Assembly (NCBI RefSeq): GCF_963506605.1 | Contig: NC_083283.1 | Span: 47,678,001 to 47,742,000 of the forward strand | Reading direction: 5' to 3' | DNA length: 64,000 nt | From: Zootoca vivipara | Taxonomy: Eukaryota | In this document: positions 12,908 through 24,537 of the stretch, piece by piece | How positions within the stretch are numbered: the first letter of the stretch is position 1 | How the letters are laid out: every line of letters begins with the position of its first letter | The notes under the pieces: model-generated | Databases searched by the model: none | Told to the model about the DNA's origin: nothing | The model's input: the letters and a program-made list of their open reading frames with translations, nothing else | Program-made: the position numbers and the translations under genes

Positions 12908-13986
12908 TATTACAATTTTATTTGAAAGTTATGTTAGCACAATATGTATGTTGAACATTGCTTTTTCTTAGATGGCCATGAGAGTAAGCATTAGGTTTTC
13001 TCATCATTTTATGGAAAATCAAATAACGCCAGAACAGTGCGTCAAGCTCTTCTGTATAATAAATGATATTCATATACGTTACATGTAGCAATATGTAAAA
13101 GCTTTCAATCTTTCACTTCATAAGAAGTCATTCTTAATCCCCATGTTAGCTAGAGTTTCTCTGGAATTGTTTCTTTGGAGTGCTAATGGGTTGGTTAATT
13201 TGTGAGTTACATTACTAATTGTATTAAGAGTCTAAACCTTATTAAGTCTTTGTGGTGAATTAAACTGCAGGGCTTTGGAAAACTGCATGGGGACTGGAGA
13301 AACGATGATGGGGGAGTGTTTTGTGCTCTAATGCAACGGCTAAAAGGGAGACTGCTAAAAGGACACTTCAGCAAGCGGCTAGTTTTTAAACTTTAGAAGC
13401 ACAGTGTTCTGTTCCTACCAAATTGAGTACATTCTGTACATCTTGCCAACTTGCTGTAAATCCTTTGTGGGGAGAGGTAATTTTAAACTACTGTATATGG
13501 AATAGGGGGGAAAGGGTATTTATGTGAATCTAACATCTTAAAAGCACTTCTCCATAATGAAGAGTTACAGTGGCACCTTTTTACTCAGCAGTTCCTGATC
13601 TTTGTGTATTCATAGCAATTTGCGGCTGCCATCTTCAAAGTAAAAATCGAGTTTTAACTGTTGTCTTTCCTGCAGAGCTGCCACAGCCCTAAGCAGCAAA
13701 CTGAATTATTTTCTTAACTTGAGTACTAGTCACAGATCTTCACCTAACAGCAACAGAGAGAATAGTTGCTTTTTGCAGATGTTTTTCTGATGTAGATCTG
13801 TTTGAACCGAATTTTGAAATGGCTTAAATACTTAGAGCTTGCTCCATCAGCACTGGTCCATCAGTGATCTCCAGTTTGATGTAGGCATATGTGGCCAAGA
13901 AGATGAGTTCATGGTGAATCCCTTCACAGGACATGGAGCTAGTTCAGAAACTTTCTGAGCCAACATTCCAGCTTATATGGTAGAGG

Positions 13987-14366
13987 CAGTGCCGGATTTA
14001 CGTATAAGCTAAACAAGCTATAGCTCAGGGCTCCACTCTCTTAGGGCCCCCCCAAAAAATTTATAAGGAAAAAACAACAATGTACATTTCCAAAATTTTA
14101 AGTTAGATCTTAATAATTATTTCAGTATTAATATACTTCTTCTTAAGGTAATTGTACCGTATTTCAGTTCAAAATTACTTTGATAAAATACATATTTTGT
14201 TATGTGCAAATGGCGTTAGATACCTATTAGGTCCATAAATTACCATATAGCATATAGTCAACACAGAAAACAGCGACAATTTGTTGTTGACAAAGGACAG
14301 CTGGACATATAAAGGGCCCATTACCTTCAGTAGCTTAGGGCCTCATCTAACCTAAATCCAGCCCTG
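13987..14366. mobile_element. Non-autonomous hAT element (380 bp)
   Basis: TIRs cagtgccggattta / taaatccagccctg; perfect 8-bp TSD ggtagagg (13979-13986, 14367-14374). Confidence 0.92.
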
Positions 14367-14424
14367 GGTAGAGGAATGGGATTGCACCCCTACAATCCAA
14401 CGTAGTGATAGTTTAATTATTGTT

Positions 14425-14757
14425 GCTGTGGGTTAAACCACTGAGCCTAGAGCTTGCCGATCAGAAGGTTGGCCGTTTGAATCCCCGTGACGGGGTGAGC
14501 TCCCATTGCTCGGTCCCAGCTCCTGCCAACCTAGCAGTTCGAAAGCACTTCAAAGTGCAAGTAGATAAATAGGTACCGCTACAGCGGGAAGGTAAACATT
14601 TTTCCGTGTGCTGCTCTGGTTCGCCAGAAGCGGCTTTGTCATGCTGGCCACATGACCTGGAAGCTGTACGCTGGCTCCGTTGGCCAGTAACACGAGATGA
14701 GCGCGCAACCCCAGAGTCAGTCACGTCTGGACCTAATGGCCAGGGGTCCCTTTACCT
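14425..14757 (+). mobile_element. Sauria SINE
   Basis: tRNA-like head gctgtgggttaaaccactgagcc...gtttgaatcccc, conserved body, gggtccctttacct tail. Confidence 0.95.
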
Positions 14758-14850
14758 ATGTTTCAGGAGACAATGGGAGAGTGTGCTTTCGGGGATTTAA
14801 TCAGACTGTTGGGGAGTTACAGTTCCTGCTGTGGCTGTAGAGACCGATAC
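14758..14850 (-). mobile_element. RTE LINE 3' end fragment
   Basis: Reverse complement matches the 3' end of the RTE at 38860-38950 (tctctacagccacagcagg...cattgtctcc). Confidence 0.75.
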
Positions 14851-15529
14851 AAACTGGAAATATTTTCCCTACAGAATTTTAAAAAATGTTTTAAATTTAA
14901 ATTTTTCAAATTTACAAACAGTCACCAACCAACCAAACAAAAAGAGAGTTCCATAAATTCCCATGGACTTCCCTCCTCTCTGTTGTGGGTCCTTATGTTA
15001 ACTTTTTCTTCTTCTCCTGCATCTTCTCTGTTAATCCAATTCTATTAGATCTCTATTACAAAATGTTATTAGTATTGATGCTGCTTAGGGTTGAAACAAA
15101 ATTATTCAGCTAAAACGGATATGGTGTTGTGAAGTTTTGAGGCGTCTTGTATAGAAGCCAGTTTTTTAAAGCACTTCACTAGGCAGTAGTAGTACTGTAG
15201 TTGACATAATTGCCACTTAACAAAGTTACTTGCATTGATAGGCAAACTTATTTTCTGTGTTATTCAGTTCTCAAGAGACATGCATTAGGGAATGCTGTTT
15301 GACCACAATTCCCTAACAGCTTTGATATTTTAGATGCTTACAATGGCAAACCACTGGTTGGTTGATTTATGTAACTGTTGCACCCACAATTACTATACAA
15401 ATTGGAAAATAGCTTAAAAGGCTGCTTATCACTCTTGGGCGGTTCTGTGAGTGCGTTCAACTTGACAGCTTCCAAATGGAGGTGCGGTACAAAACCACCC
15501 TCATCTCTAGTCAGACTATCCTGTAGTGG

Positions 15530-16137
15530 AGCACCAGGTCATATTGGGGATCTGTACGTGGGTTCTTAAAGCCATCTTGCCATGAGGTAGTCTATCCCTT
15601 GACTTATGGAATCTGAGATATTCCTGAATGCTGTGGGGAATTTTCTGATCAACAGAGTTGGCAATACTGTTGTCTCACTTTGGAATGGCAAGATGAAGTG
15701 CACCATCAACATGATTGCTTCTGAGTGCCCTTTCTAGTACTATAGAGCTTGGGCTGCTAAGAGAAATCATTACTTAAGGCAACAAAACACATGTTAGAGC
15801 ACATAATCATGCCTACTGCATGGCAGTGAGGGCAGGAAAGAAGTAATTTTTCTTTGCTATGATGCTTGCATCCTCAAGCAGCCATTCAGCAGAGCTGTTC
15901 CATGTTGTTTGGGGTTTATTAACACCTGTCCCAGTGATGGGGATGCTTGAATTTTCCAAGACCTGCCGTGATAAGTTTTCTAGGCATGTTGCAGGTGAAA
16001 TCTCTAAATTTTGTGCTGACTTGAGTACCATGTTTGTGACAGACTTGAGTACGCCATCTAATACACCATATGGGCTGGTTTTTGTATGATCAATATCGGT
16101 TGTTGAGGCCTGAGGACGTGGACAGGTTCCTTGCAAC
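15530..16137 (+). mobile_element. L2 LINE ORF2 internal fragment (decayed)
   Basis: Reads MESEIFLNAVGNF...SLWNGKM, AYCMAVRAGKK*FFFAMMLASSSSHSAELFHVVWGLL and LLRPEDVDRFL, like the squamate L2 EN-RT linker. Confidence 0.75.
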
Positions 16138-19100
16138 TATTTGACTGACCACTTGTTCTTTCCCTGCTCTTGCCCATCATTCTGTTTTCTTGAACAAACG
16201 TGTTGATCATTATGCTAAGACAAACTTGATTTATTAAATTTTTATTAAAGAGATCTGAATGAAGATGGTGATAGTTGAGTGGTGCTTGTGTGCTTTTCCA
16301 CTGTCTGAATTCAGATAATTGTTTGGCATTGTTTTGATTCTGTGATTGGTTAAAAACTGCTATTCTGACATTGTCACACTGGACAACTTTCTCATTTGGA
16401 GGGAACAGTCTAACCTTTTTGTGGAGTATACGAAATGCAGTTTCATTTTGTAAGTGGTCATTTGCAAGAGTGCAATATATGTGCCTGTGCACGTATGCAC
16501 ATGTTTGAACACACACACACTGGTGCTGAGGCTACATACTTCTCCTTACATTCTGGTAGTGCAGTATGTTTCCACTTTTTTTTAAAAAATGTCCCTGTTT
16601 CTGTATATAAATTCAGCAGGTGAGCTGAGCTATACCTGGCATGGTTGTAAGTATTTGGAAAAGCTTTACCTAATTGCCTAACATTGTGTGCGTCAGACTC
16701 TGTCGGAACAGGGACAGTAAAAATAGTAGCAATCTTATAACTCATGTTGTTGATAGAAATTGGCCGGTTAGCACTGGTGTATCAGTTGTCTGTACAATTG
16801 AGTTCCTGATTGCAGAAGGGAGAGGAGGAAAAGTGTTCTATTTCTTATTGGAAGGCTCTTTAAAGACTGCCAGTTTAGTTCTATATGCAGATCTCCCCAA
16901 AATAACTTTTAAACTATAAAGTTACTTTATGTCATCCACAGTTAGCAAGGTAAATTGTGGGCACAGGGACCAATGATGAAATGACTCTGCTTAGAATTGG
17001 CCTTGTTTTCTTTCCTACTTCACTTTCATAAGGAAGTGTTTTTTTCTGTTCCATGTTGAATATTTTGATCTTTTTTATAATAAGGTGGAAGAAGAGAAAG
17101 TCAGGTTTGAAGTCAAGTTTGATTTCCCCCAATGGCCTATAAAGATGTGTTTTCTACACAAAAGCAATGAGTGCAATTTAAATATTACTGTTCTGGAGAA
17201 CAGGGACTTAGGTTGCTATTCTTGCACATCTTTCCATAACAAAATATAAAACTAGTACAATCACTGGGCCCAAAGATAGAACATTTGAGTTCTCCTTACA
17301 GTTACCCAATGCTCTGTTTGTTTTGTTCACCAAGCACTCCCTTCCCAATTATCTAAGGTAAAAACTATAAAGGTAGCATAATAAACATATGCATTCTAGC
17401 TGAGCTAGTGCTGTAAATATTTCTCACTTCCTACCTATATTGGAAGTGAAACTATTGCAGATTATTACACTGTGGAACGGAAGAAAATGTTCCAGAAAAT
17501 GTGTACAGTACATCTAAAGCACTGTAAAACCAAGAAGCTTTGTCAGGTAACAGCATTTTGGTCAACTTTCATGGCTACGATGAGGCATTCTAAGGATGGG
17601 GAGCATAGCTCTGCAGTTTATTCCAAGAAGATGAAGCTTCTGTCAAACTTAAAAATTGCTTCAGTGCATGGCTCTCATTCAAACACTCCTAGCTTCTAAG
17701 AGGCAGCACTTAGTGATGTAAATACTTATGGGTAGCTATAAAAGCTCTGTCCTGTTTGGATCTGGTAAATTGCAAGAAAAAAAACACAAAACCAAAAGCT
17801 CTTTTTAGGACTTTCACTTGCAGTTAATAAAACATGAATACCTTAAAAAGGGCAACCATGGTATCTATGGTATTTTAATAAATTTGCCAGCTTGCTAATT
17901 GTTTATATTGCCTTTTTCCATATTGCAGTCATAGGATGGTGATTGTTTTGTAAAATAAAATAATTCTAGAGATGTAGGGTACTGAGTAAGTGAAAGGAGA
18001 ACTTTTGGTGCAGCTGACAAGTGTATAAAATTGACTATGTACTTAGTGACTAATTACCAGTACAGTGATTTTGTTGCTGTCTTTTTTTTTACCCCCTAAT
18101 TGGCTGCATATTAATAAATTCTATTCATTTCTGGGGTGCAGCAAAGTTTAATCATTTCATAGACAAGCATAATAAAAAATATCTAAAGAATTTACATAAT
18201 AAACAATTATTGCTTCCAGGAGTTTTGTTCTTAAGATAATAAAATGTTAAAAAGCGAGCCACTTGAGTAGAAAGTAATTGCACTGACAAGCACCACACAG
18301 CCAGCATTCACAATAAAGCAAACCTTCCTTCAATGTCAACCTGATTTGCAACGCACATAAATGCTTCCCCGCATTATGGAAATGTGCTTTTTCTATCAAC
18401 AGAAAAGAATAAAACTCCAGGCATCTAATTAATCTTGTCTGACATTTGATTTCATACCCAGGTTAAAGGCAAGAGGCAGGTGGGTCTATTTTTCCCCCTC
18501 CGTGTGTATGACCACAGGCAAATCTCTCCATTAATGTCAAACTGCATCTGTGTGTCTTGGTGTTGTTGCCACATGTCAGTCATTAATGCATTAGTGTTAC
18601 TTGTATTCAATTCATATGCATCGGTTTTCCTGTCTAGAGGGCTCAGTAGAGAGGGGAGTGCAAGCAAGCTGCAGTTATACAACACAAGCATTTCACCTTG
18701 ACCCTTTCCCGTAAAATAAGAGATACTTTCTCCTGAATAAAATGAGGGATTAAAAGTGTTAATTTTCAACAAAGGAAACTTCTCCATTGAGCTTCACACC
18801 AGGTTCAGAAGTTGCGTTTTTGAAGAGTTCTGGATAGCAAAGATGTTGTATCAGCAAGAGGCAACTCTTGATGGAGCCTTTTTTATATATACTGTATATC
18901 TGGCTGCTAGTGCTCTTTGACCGCCACCTCTTCTTGAAGTGCTCACTGTGCTTACTTTTCTGAGTGTTAAGTCATCCACTTTGCTGCTTGATTTAGTTAG
19001 ATGATGGTGCTTTTCCACAGTGAGCGGCTCACAACAACGTATCAAAATGCATAGCCGTTGAAAAAAACAATTTGTTACAAAACATACTGTTAAATTAAAA

Positions 19101-19291
19101 TCAGGCACAATTCTATAAACAGAGACTAAACTCAGTATTGCAGTGAAGGTGCAATCTAGATTGAATACCAGTACAGTATGAACAAAATCAAAATGAACAG
19201 GTAAAATGGTGGTAATGTTGGTACGGTGACTTGCCTGGTTTTATGGGATCAGTCTCAACTGCTGTGGCATAATTAAGTAGACAGTATGCTT

Positions 19292-19632
19292 GCTGTGGTT
19301 AAACCACTGAGCCTAGGGCTTGCTGATCAGAAGGTCAGCGGTTCGAATCCCTGTGACGGGGTGAGCTCCCGTTGCTTGGTCCCAGCTCCTGCCAACCTAG
19401 CAGTTCGAAAGCACGTCAAAATGCAAGTAGATAAATAGGAACCGCTACAGCGGGAAGGTAAACGGTGTTTCCATGTGCTGCTCTGGTTTGCCAGAAATGG
19501 CTTTGTCATGCTAGCCACATGACCTGGAAGCTATACGCCGGCTCCCTCGGCCAATAATGCGAGATGAGCGCGCAACCCCAGAGTCGGTCACGACTGGACC
19601 TAATGGTCAGGGGTCCCTTTACCTTTACCTTT
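19292..19632 (+). mobile_element. Sauria SINE (young subfamily)
   Basis: B box ggttcgaatcc, full body, (ACCTTT) tail, TSD tatgcttgc (19285-19293, 19632-19640). Confidence 0.95.
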
Positions 19633-20969
19633 ATGCTTGCAGGAATGCAACCAACCACATGCCCATGTAACACTCCAAGAAGTTCTTGCTTTTCCCATAG
19701 CTGCAGCCCTGGATCCAAACATAAATCTGCTACGGCTCTCTGACCCTGTGTTGCAGTTTGCAGCATTTTACAGACTGCAACTTTTCTCTTCTAGGTCACA
19801 TTCCAGCCCACTTCAATCCTAACTGCAATCTCCATTGTGTTCCCAAACTAACTCTGAGCTCAGGGAAGGGCTCTATATGCCATTTGGCACACAGTCTTTG
19901 TTTTGCTGATAGCCCATTTCCTTGTCTTTGTTCTCTGTTAATGGCTCATCTCTCAGGTGATCTCCTAAACACAGGAAGCTGGTTTGGCTAAATCCAGTGT
20001 CTGGCAGTCAGTTTTAACACTCCAAGCATTGCTTAAATTCTATCAGAGCCAGCAATTTAGGGAAATTGGCACCCACAAACCCTGGCACCCACACCTCATA
20101 ACAATATATTTGTTAGGAAGTATAAACCTCATTCTACCCATAGGATAAAGTCAACCACTTATCGTAAAATAAAGTTGGGAAACCTTCCCACCTTCAATGC
20201 TCTAGTTGTATCTTTATTGAAGAATAAATCTGCAGAGGGAAGAAAAACAAGCATAAAGGCAAAAAGACGAAAAGTGCATATTGCTGGAGGCAACTAGTGG
20301 CTGGGCACTCTTTCTGATTTATTTTTCATTATATAGCAACAGAAGGCAAAGTATAGTTATTCATTGTTTCAAGAGTTTTGCTCTGTAGGGGAGATAATAA
20401 AAGAACGTGTAGGCCTAGAGAGATTTGGGCAGAAAAACAAATATTTTATTTTTCCTTTTGTGCCTCTTGCAAGACATTGGATGCAATTTGAATTGCAGCA
20501 TTCTCAGCCTTTCTTTTGGTAATTTCATTAATTACTTTACTTTCTACTGCAGCTGGATTTTTCTCACATGGATAGGTAGAGAAGCCAAACCTGCCAGTCT
20601 CACTAGACCATATTGTTTTTGGAGTCCCACTGGGATAAGCTTGAGTAGACTTGATGAGAATCCAAGGATACCAATTTCTTCTATTTCAGTGTTTGCGTCT
20701 CCTGAATGTTTCCCCTCTTTTTTGGCTCTTCACACATTATTAGTCCTCTCAGTAGGTTCTGTGGTTTCATAACTTTTGCTTTTTTTAAATATGAAGTTGT
20801 GGAAGTAATGGTATGGATTGTGTAATCACAGTTAACATTCCGACAATTGTGTTCAGAATTAGTCTGTATAAAAACACCAGTTAGCTGGTGAGTGATATTA
20901 TGAGCAAGACCGGAGTCTCCCCGCAAGCATTCTGCACTTCTTGGATCATGCGAGAAGGATTTATGAGCT

Positions 20970-22574
20970 GAGTGTGGGGAGAATCTGCAAGGAGGCGGTG
21001 GTGGAGACTACTGGGGGACCATGGAGATGAACCCCTAGAGGAATGTGACACAAAAAAGCAGGACTGTCGGGAGCCATGCTGTGTCTACAAAACAATTCCA
21101 CGCATCTCAAACACTGATACTCAGCCAGAGGTGCAAGTACAATGGTTGCAGACCTCAGAATACACAAAGGTGGCAGTGGAAGGTACAGTGCACAGAATGA
21201 TTCCTGCCACTCTCCAGATAAGGAAGAGATGTGTGGTGGCAGCAGGTGACTCCTACAGAGCAGGTCAGGGGGCAGCAGTTTGCGGAGGAAAGACTCATGA
21301 TATAAGTTGTCTGTACACAAATGCACAAAGGCAAAGCATGGTAAACAAGCAAGAATAACTTGAGCTCTTGATGCAGGATGGCAAATATGACCTAGCTAAT
21401 AGGCATTACTGAAACACGCCTATTTTCATTGGAATATCAAAGCTGAGGGGTTACAACCTTTTCAAAGGAATAAATCAAACAAGAAGGGAGGAGTAGCAGC
21501 ATTATATGTAAGGGATATATACACTTGTGAAGAGATCTACAACTTGCAGCATGGAAGGCAAGCTGAAAATATATGTGTAAAAATTGTAGGAGAGGGAAGT
21601 GAGTGACCTTACAGTGGGTGTCTGCTATAGACATTCAAGCCAAACTGAGAACTTGGATGATGCCTTCCTAGAGCAGACTTCCTAGAGCAGATTATCAAAC
21701 ATTCAGAAAGGAGAGCTATAATAGTCATGGGAGACTGCAACTACCCCACAATCTGTTGAAACTCAAACTCTGCCAAGAATTTAAGGCCCAACAAATTCCC
21801 CAATTGCCTCACTGACAGCTTCATTTTCCAGAAGGTGGAAGAAGCAACAAAGGGGGGGGGGTCATGTCTCTTTGACTTGGTTCTCACCAACAAAGAGGAA
21901 GTGAAGGTATTGAGAACTATTATACATCAGCAAAGGAAAGCTGAGTGTAGTTGGACATTCACTCTGGACCTTAAGAAGGCTGATTTTTTAAAAAATAAGG
22001 ATGAAGTCCCATGGTCAGAAATAGTACTACTCTGTTCATGCTTGGTGAGACTACACTTGGAGTACTGTGCCCAGTTCTGTGCACCTCAATTTAAGTAGGA
22101 TATTGACAAGCTGGAATGTGTGCAGAGGAGTGTGTTTTTTCCAAGGGTCTGGAAAACAAGCCCTTATGAGTTGTTTTCGGTTGAGGGAGTTGGGTATGTT
22201 TAGCCTGGTAAAGAGAAGACTGAGAAGAGATATGATAGCCATCTTCAACTATCTTAAGGGCTGTCCCATGGAGGATGGAGCAAGTTTGGTTTTCCTGCTC
22301 CAGAGGCTAGGACTCAAAACAATGGATTCAAGTTACAAGAAAGGGGATTCTGACTGAACGTTAGGAAGAACCTTCTGACAGTAAGAGCTGTTTGGCAGTG
22401 GACTCTCATTTCTTGGAAGTTTTTAAGCAGAGGTTGGCTGTCCATCTGTCATGCGTGATCTAGTTGAGATTCCTGCATTGCTGGTAGTTGAGATTCCTGC
22501 ATTGCTGGAGGTTGGACTAGATGACTATCGGGATCCCTTCCAACTCTACAATTCTGTGATTTTATGATTCTGTG
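20970..22574 (+). mobile_element. CR1 LINE, decayed, with the RT domain deleted
   Basis: ORF1 esterase-like KRCVVAAGDS, endonuclease start CLYTNAQ..SMVNKQE*LELLMQ..GITET, ORF2 C-terminus [18 protein letters not shown], and CR1 3' tail ccttccaactctacaattctgtgatttatgattctgtg. Confidence 0.92.
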
Positions 22575-23302
22575 TTACAGTGACTGAAATAACTTTACCA
22601 TTATTTCAGATTTCTTTACGGTAGAATATTGTCTTTTTTTTAAAAAAAAGTGGAGCTGTGCTTAGAACCTATTTATTCAGTTGTTAGAGTCAACAAATAC
22701 ATAGAATAGTGCAGAATTTGGTGGACTGGCTATATTGAACTCCTTGTGTGTTGGCGTTGTGATTCATTTAAGGTCGGGAATGTAGCACTGGCTGTTATGC
22801 CGAATGTGCACACATATTTCTGTTTTGTGATATGGTTATTGTGCAACTCCTATATCACAAACCAATCTACGATATATTGCTTGCTCACAGTGTTTGGAAC
22901 AAGATGGAATGTGAACTTTGGGCACAGAAAGGGAGGCAGAATTCACACATTCAATCTCTTCCTTCAGAGTTGAATGAAGGTCCTATAACCTTCTGAAGAA
23001 CAAAGAAACCAATTAGCTAGACAATAATTGTAACTGACTTATACTGACCCTGCGTTTCTAACTTTTAACTATGTATTAGATAATATCAGATCATTTAATT
23101 GGCAAGTGTTCTAGCTCCTTCTCCAGGCACGGCAGCAGAGGCTCTTTAACAGGAGAGTTCAGAGAAAGACCTTCACTAAAGCAGATCGCAATGCAGGTGC
23201 AGCAGCAGACAAAAGCTAACTCAATCCCAGAGCTCCTGGAAATGAGATGGAGGAGCAAGGGCAGGATTCCAAAGTCCAAGATCATGACACAAAACTCAAT
23301 GC

Positions 23303-23717
23303 TGTACGAGAACAACAAATTCCCCCTAACCAATTCTCATGCCCACCCAGCAAGCTTTATCGCCCAGGTGAGCACATACCTTACTCAAGATAATTAGTCT
23401 CACAAGAAACCCACTTCCGTGCCTGCGACAGAGGTGGCGTTGTGGGCAGGCCCTGACCAACTCTCGCGATGGGCTGTTCCCACCTCCGTCAGCAGCTCTT
23501 ACTGTCAGGGGCGGGGCTCGCCCCCTTTTAAACGGCCCGGGGGCGGGAACTCTGCCTCTTTGCCCCGCTCGCCAGCGCGTCCACTTCCAATGCCTAAGCC
23601 AATACCAATACCGCTCAACATCCGTAACCAATAAAGTTGTGGCCTTATTCGCCCACTTAAATCTATCATCTGCGTCTTGTGTCTTATTACTCACGGGGGA
23701 AGGGACATTGCCACACA
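23303..23717 (+). mobile_element. Nested solo LTR
   Basis: tgtacg...ccacaca ends, GC boxes, TATA-like ttttaaa, AATAAA at 23630 followed by a U5-like tract; left boundary uncertain (alternative 23441). Confidence 0.65.
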
Positions 23718-23782
23718 GTGTCTTAACCTGCAGGTGTGCACTCTCATGAGCCAGTTGCAGTTGTGTTTGTTCCTGCCAGCGG

Positions 23783-24537
23783 CAAGGGCGTACCCACCAC
23801 GGGGCAAGTTAGGGCAGCTGCCCTACTCTAGAAGCCAGCTGCCCGCCCCCCCCAAGCTAAAAAGAAAGAAATCTCAATGCAAAAAGTGGGGTGCGCGGCC
23901 CCAGCCAGAAAGAAACAGACCAGCCCTCCCCCCTTTCCCCTTTCCATAACCCATCGCACTTTCTCCTCTCCCCCTCCCACTATCGAGCTGCAAAAGCGGT
24001 GGGGTGTAAACGTAAGAGACGGAGGGAAACAGCGCACCCGGGGGATGGGGCGAGCTGCCCAGAGGGGCGACCAGTGCCGTGGGCAGGGGGGCAGGAGGGG
24101 GCAATTGCCCCCCCCAGAAGCAAAAGGCTAAGGGGCGCAGCGTGGCAGCCCCAGGCTCCGGCTCCCAGCGCAAAGCTCCAGAGGCGCGAGGGGAGCGTAA
24201 GCGGAGGAGCGCTTAGCGGGAGCGGGGAGTGTAAGTGGAGGAGGCAGCCACAGGCTCGCGTTCCCCGCGCACCTCTGGAGCTTCGCGCCGGGAACGGGAG
24301 CTTGGGGCCGCCTCCTCGGAAGACCTGGGAGGTGCGGAGGAGGCAGCCCCAGGCTTGCGTTCCCCGCGCGCCTCTGGAGCTTCGCGCCGGGAACAAGAGC
24401 CTGGGGCTGCCTCCTCAGAAGAGCTGGGAGGACGCAGGCCACGTAGCCCCGCCCATATTCCCACTGTGGCCCCTCCCCTCCCGCCCCTTGCCCCCGCCCC
24501 TTGCCCCCCCCTAATTTTGATCCTGGGTACGCCCCTG
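23783..24537. mobile_element. GC-rich non-autonomous hAT element (755 bp)
   Basis: TIRs caagggcgtaccca / tgggtacgcccctg (13/14); perfect 8-bp TSD gccagcgg (23775-23782, 24538-24545). Confidence 0.93.

Noticed and set aside
14425-14490. tRNA gene-like A/B boxes here and at the other SINE heads
   Set aside because: No cloverleaf; these are tRNA-derived SINE heads
20972-22357. Several plus-strand ORFs
   Set aside because: Decayed CR1 ORF1/ORF2 with stops and frameshifts
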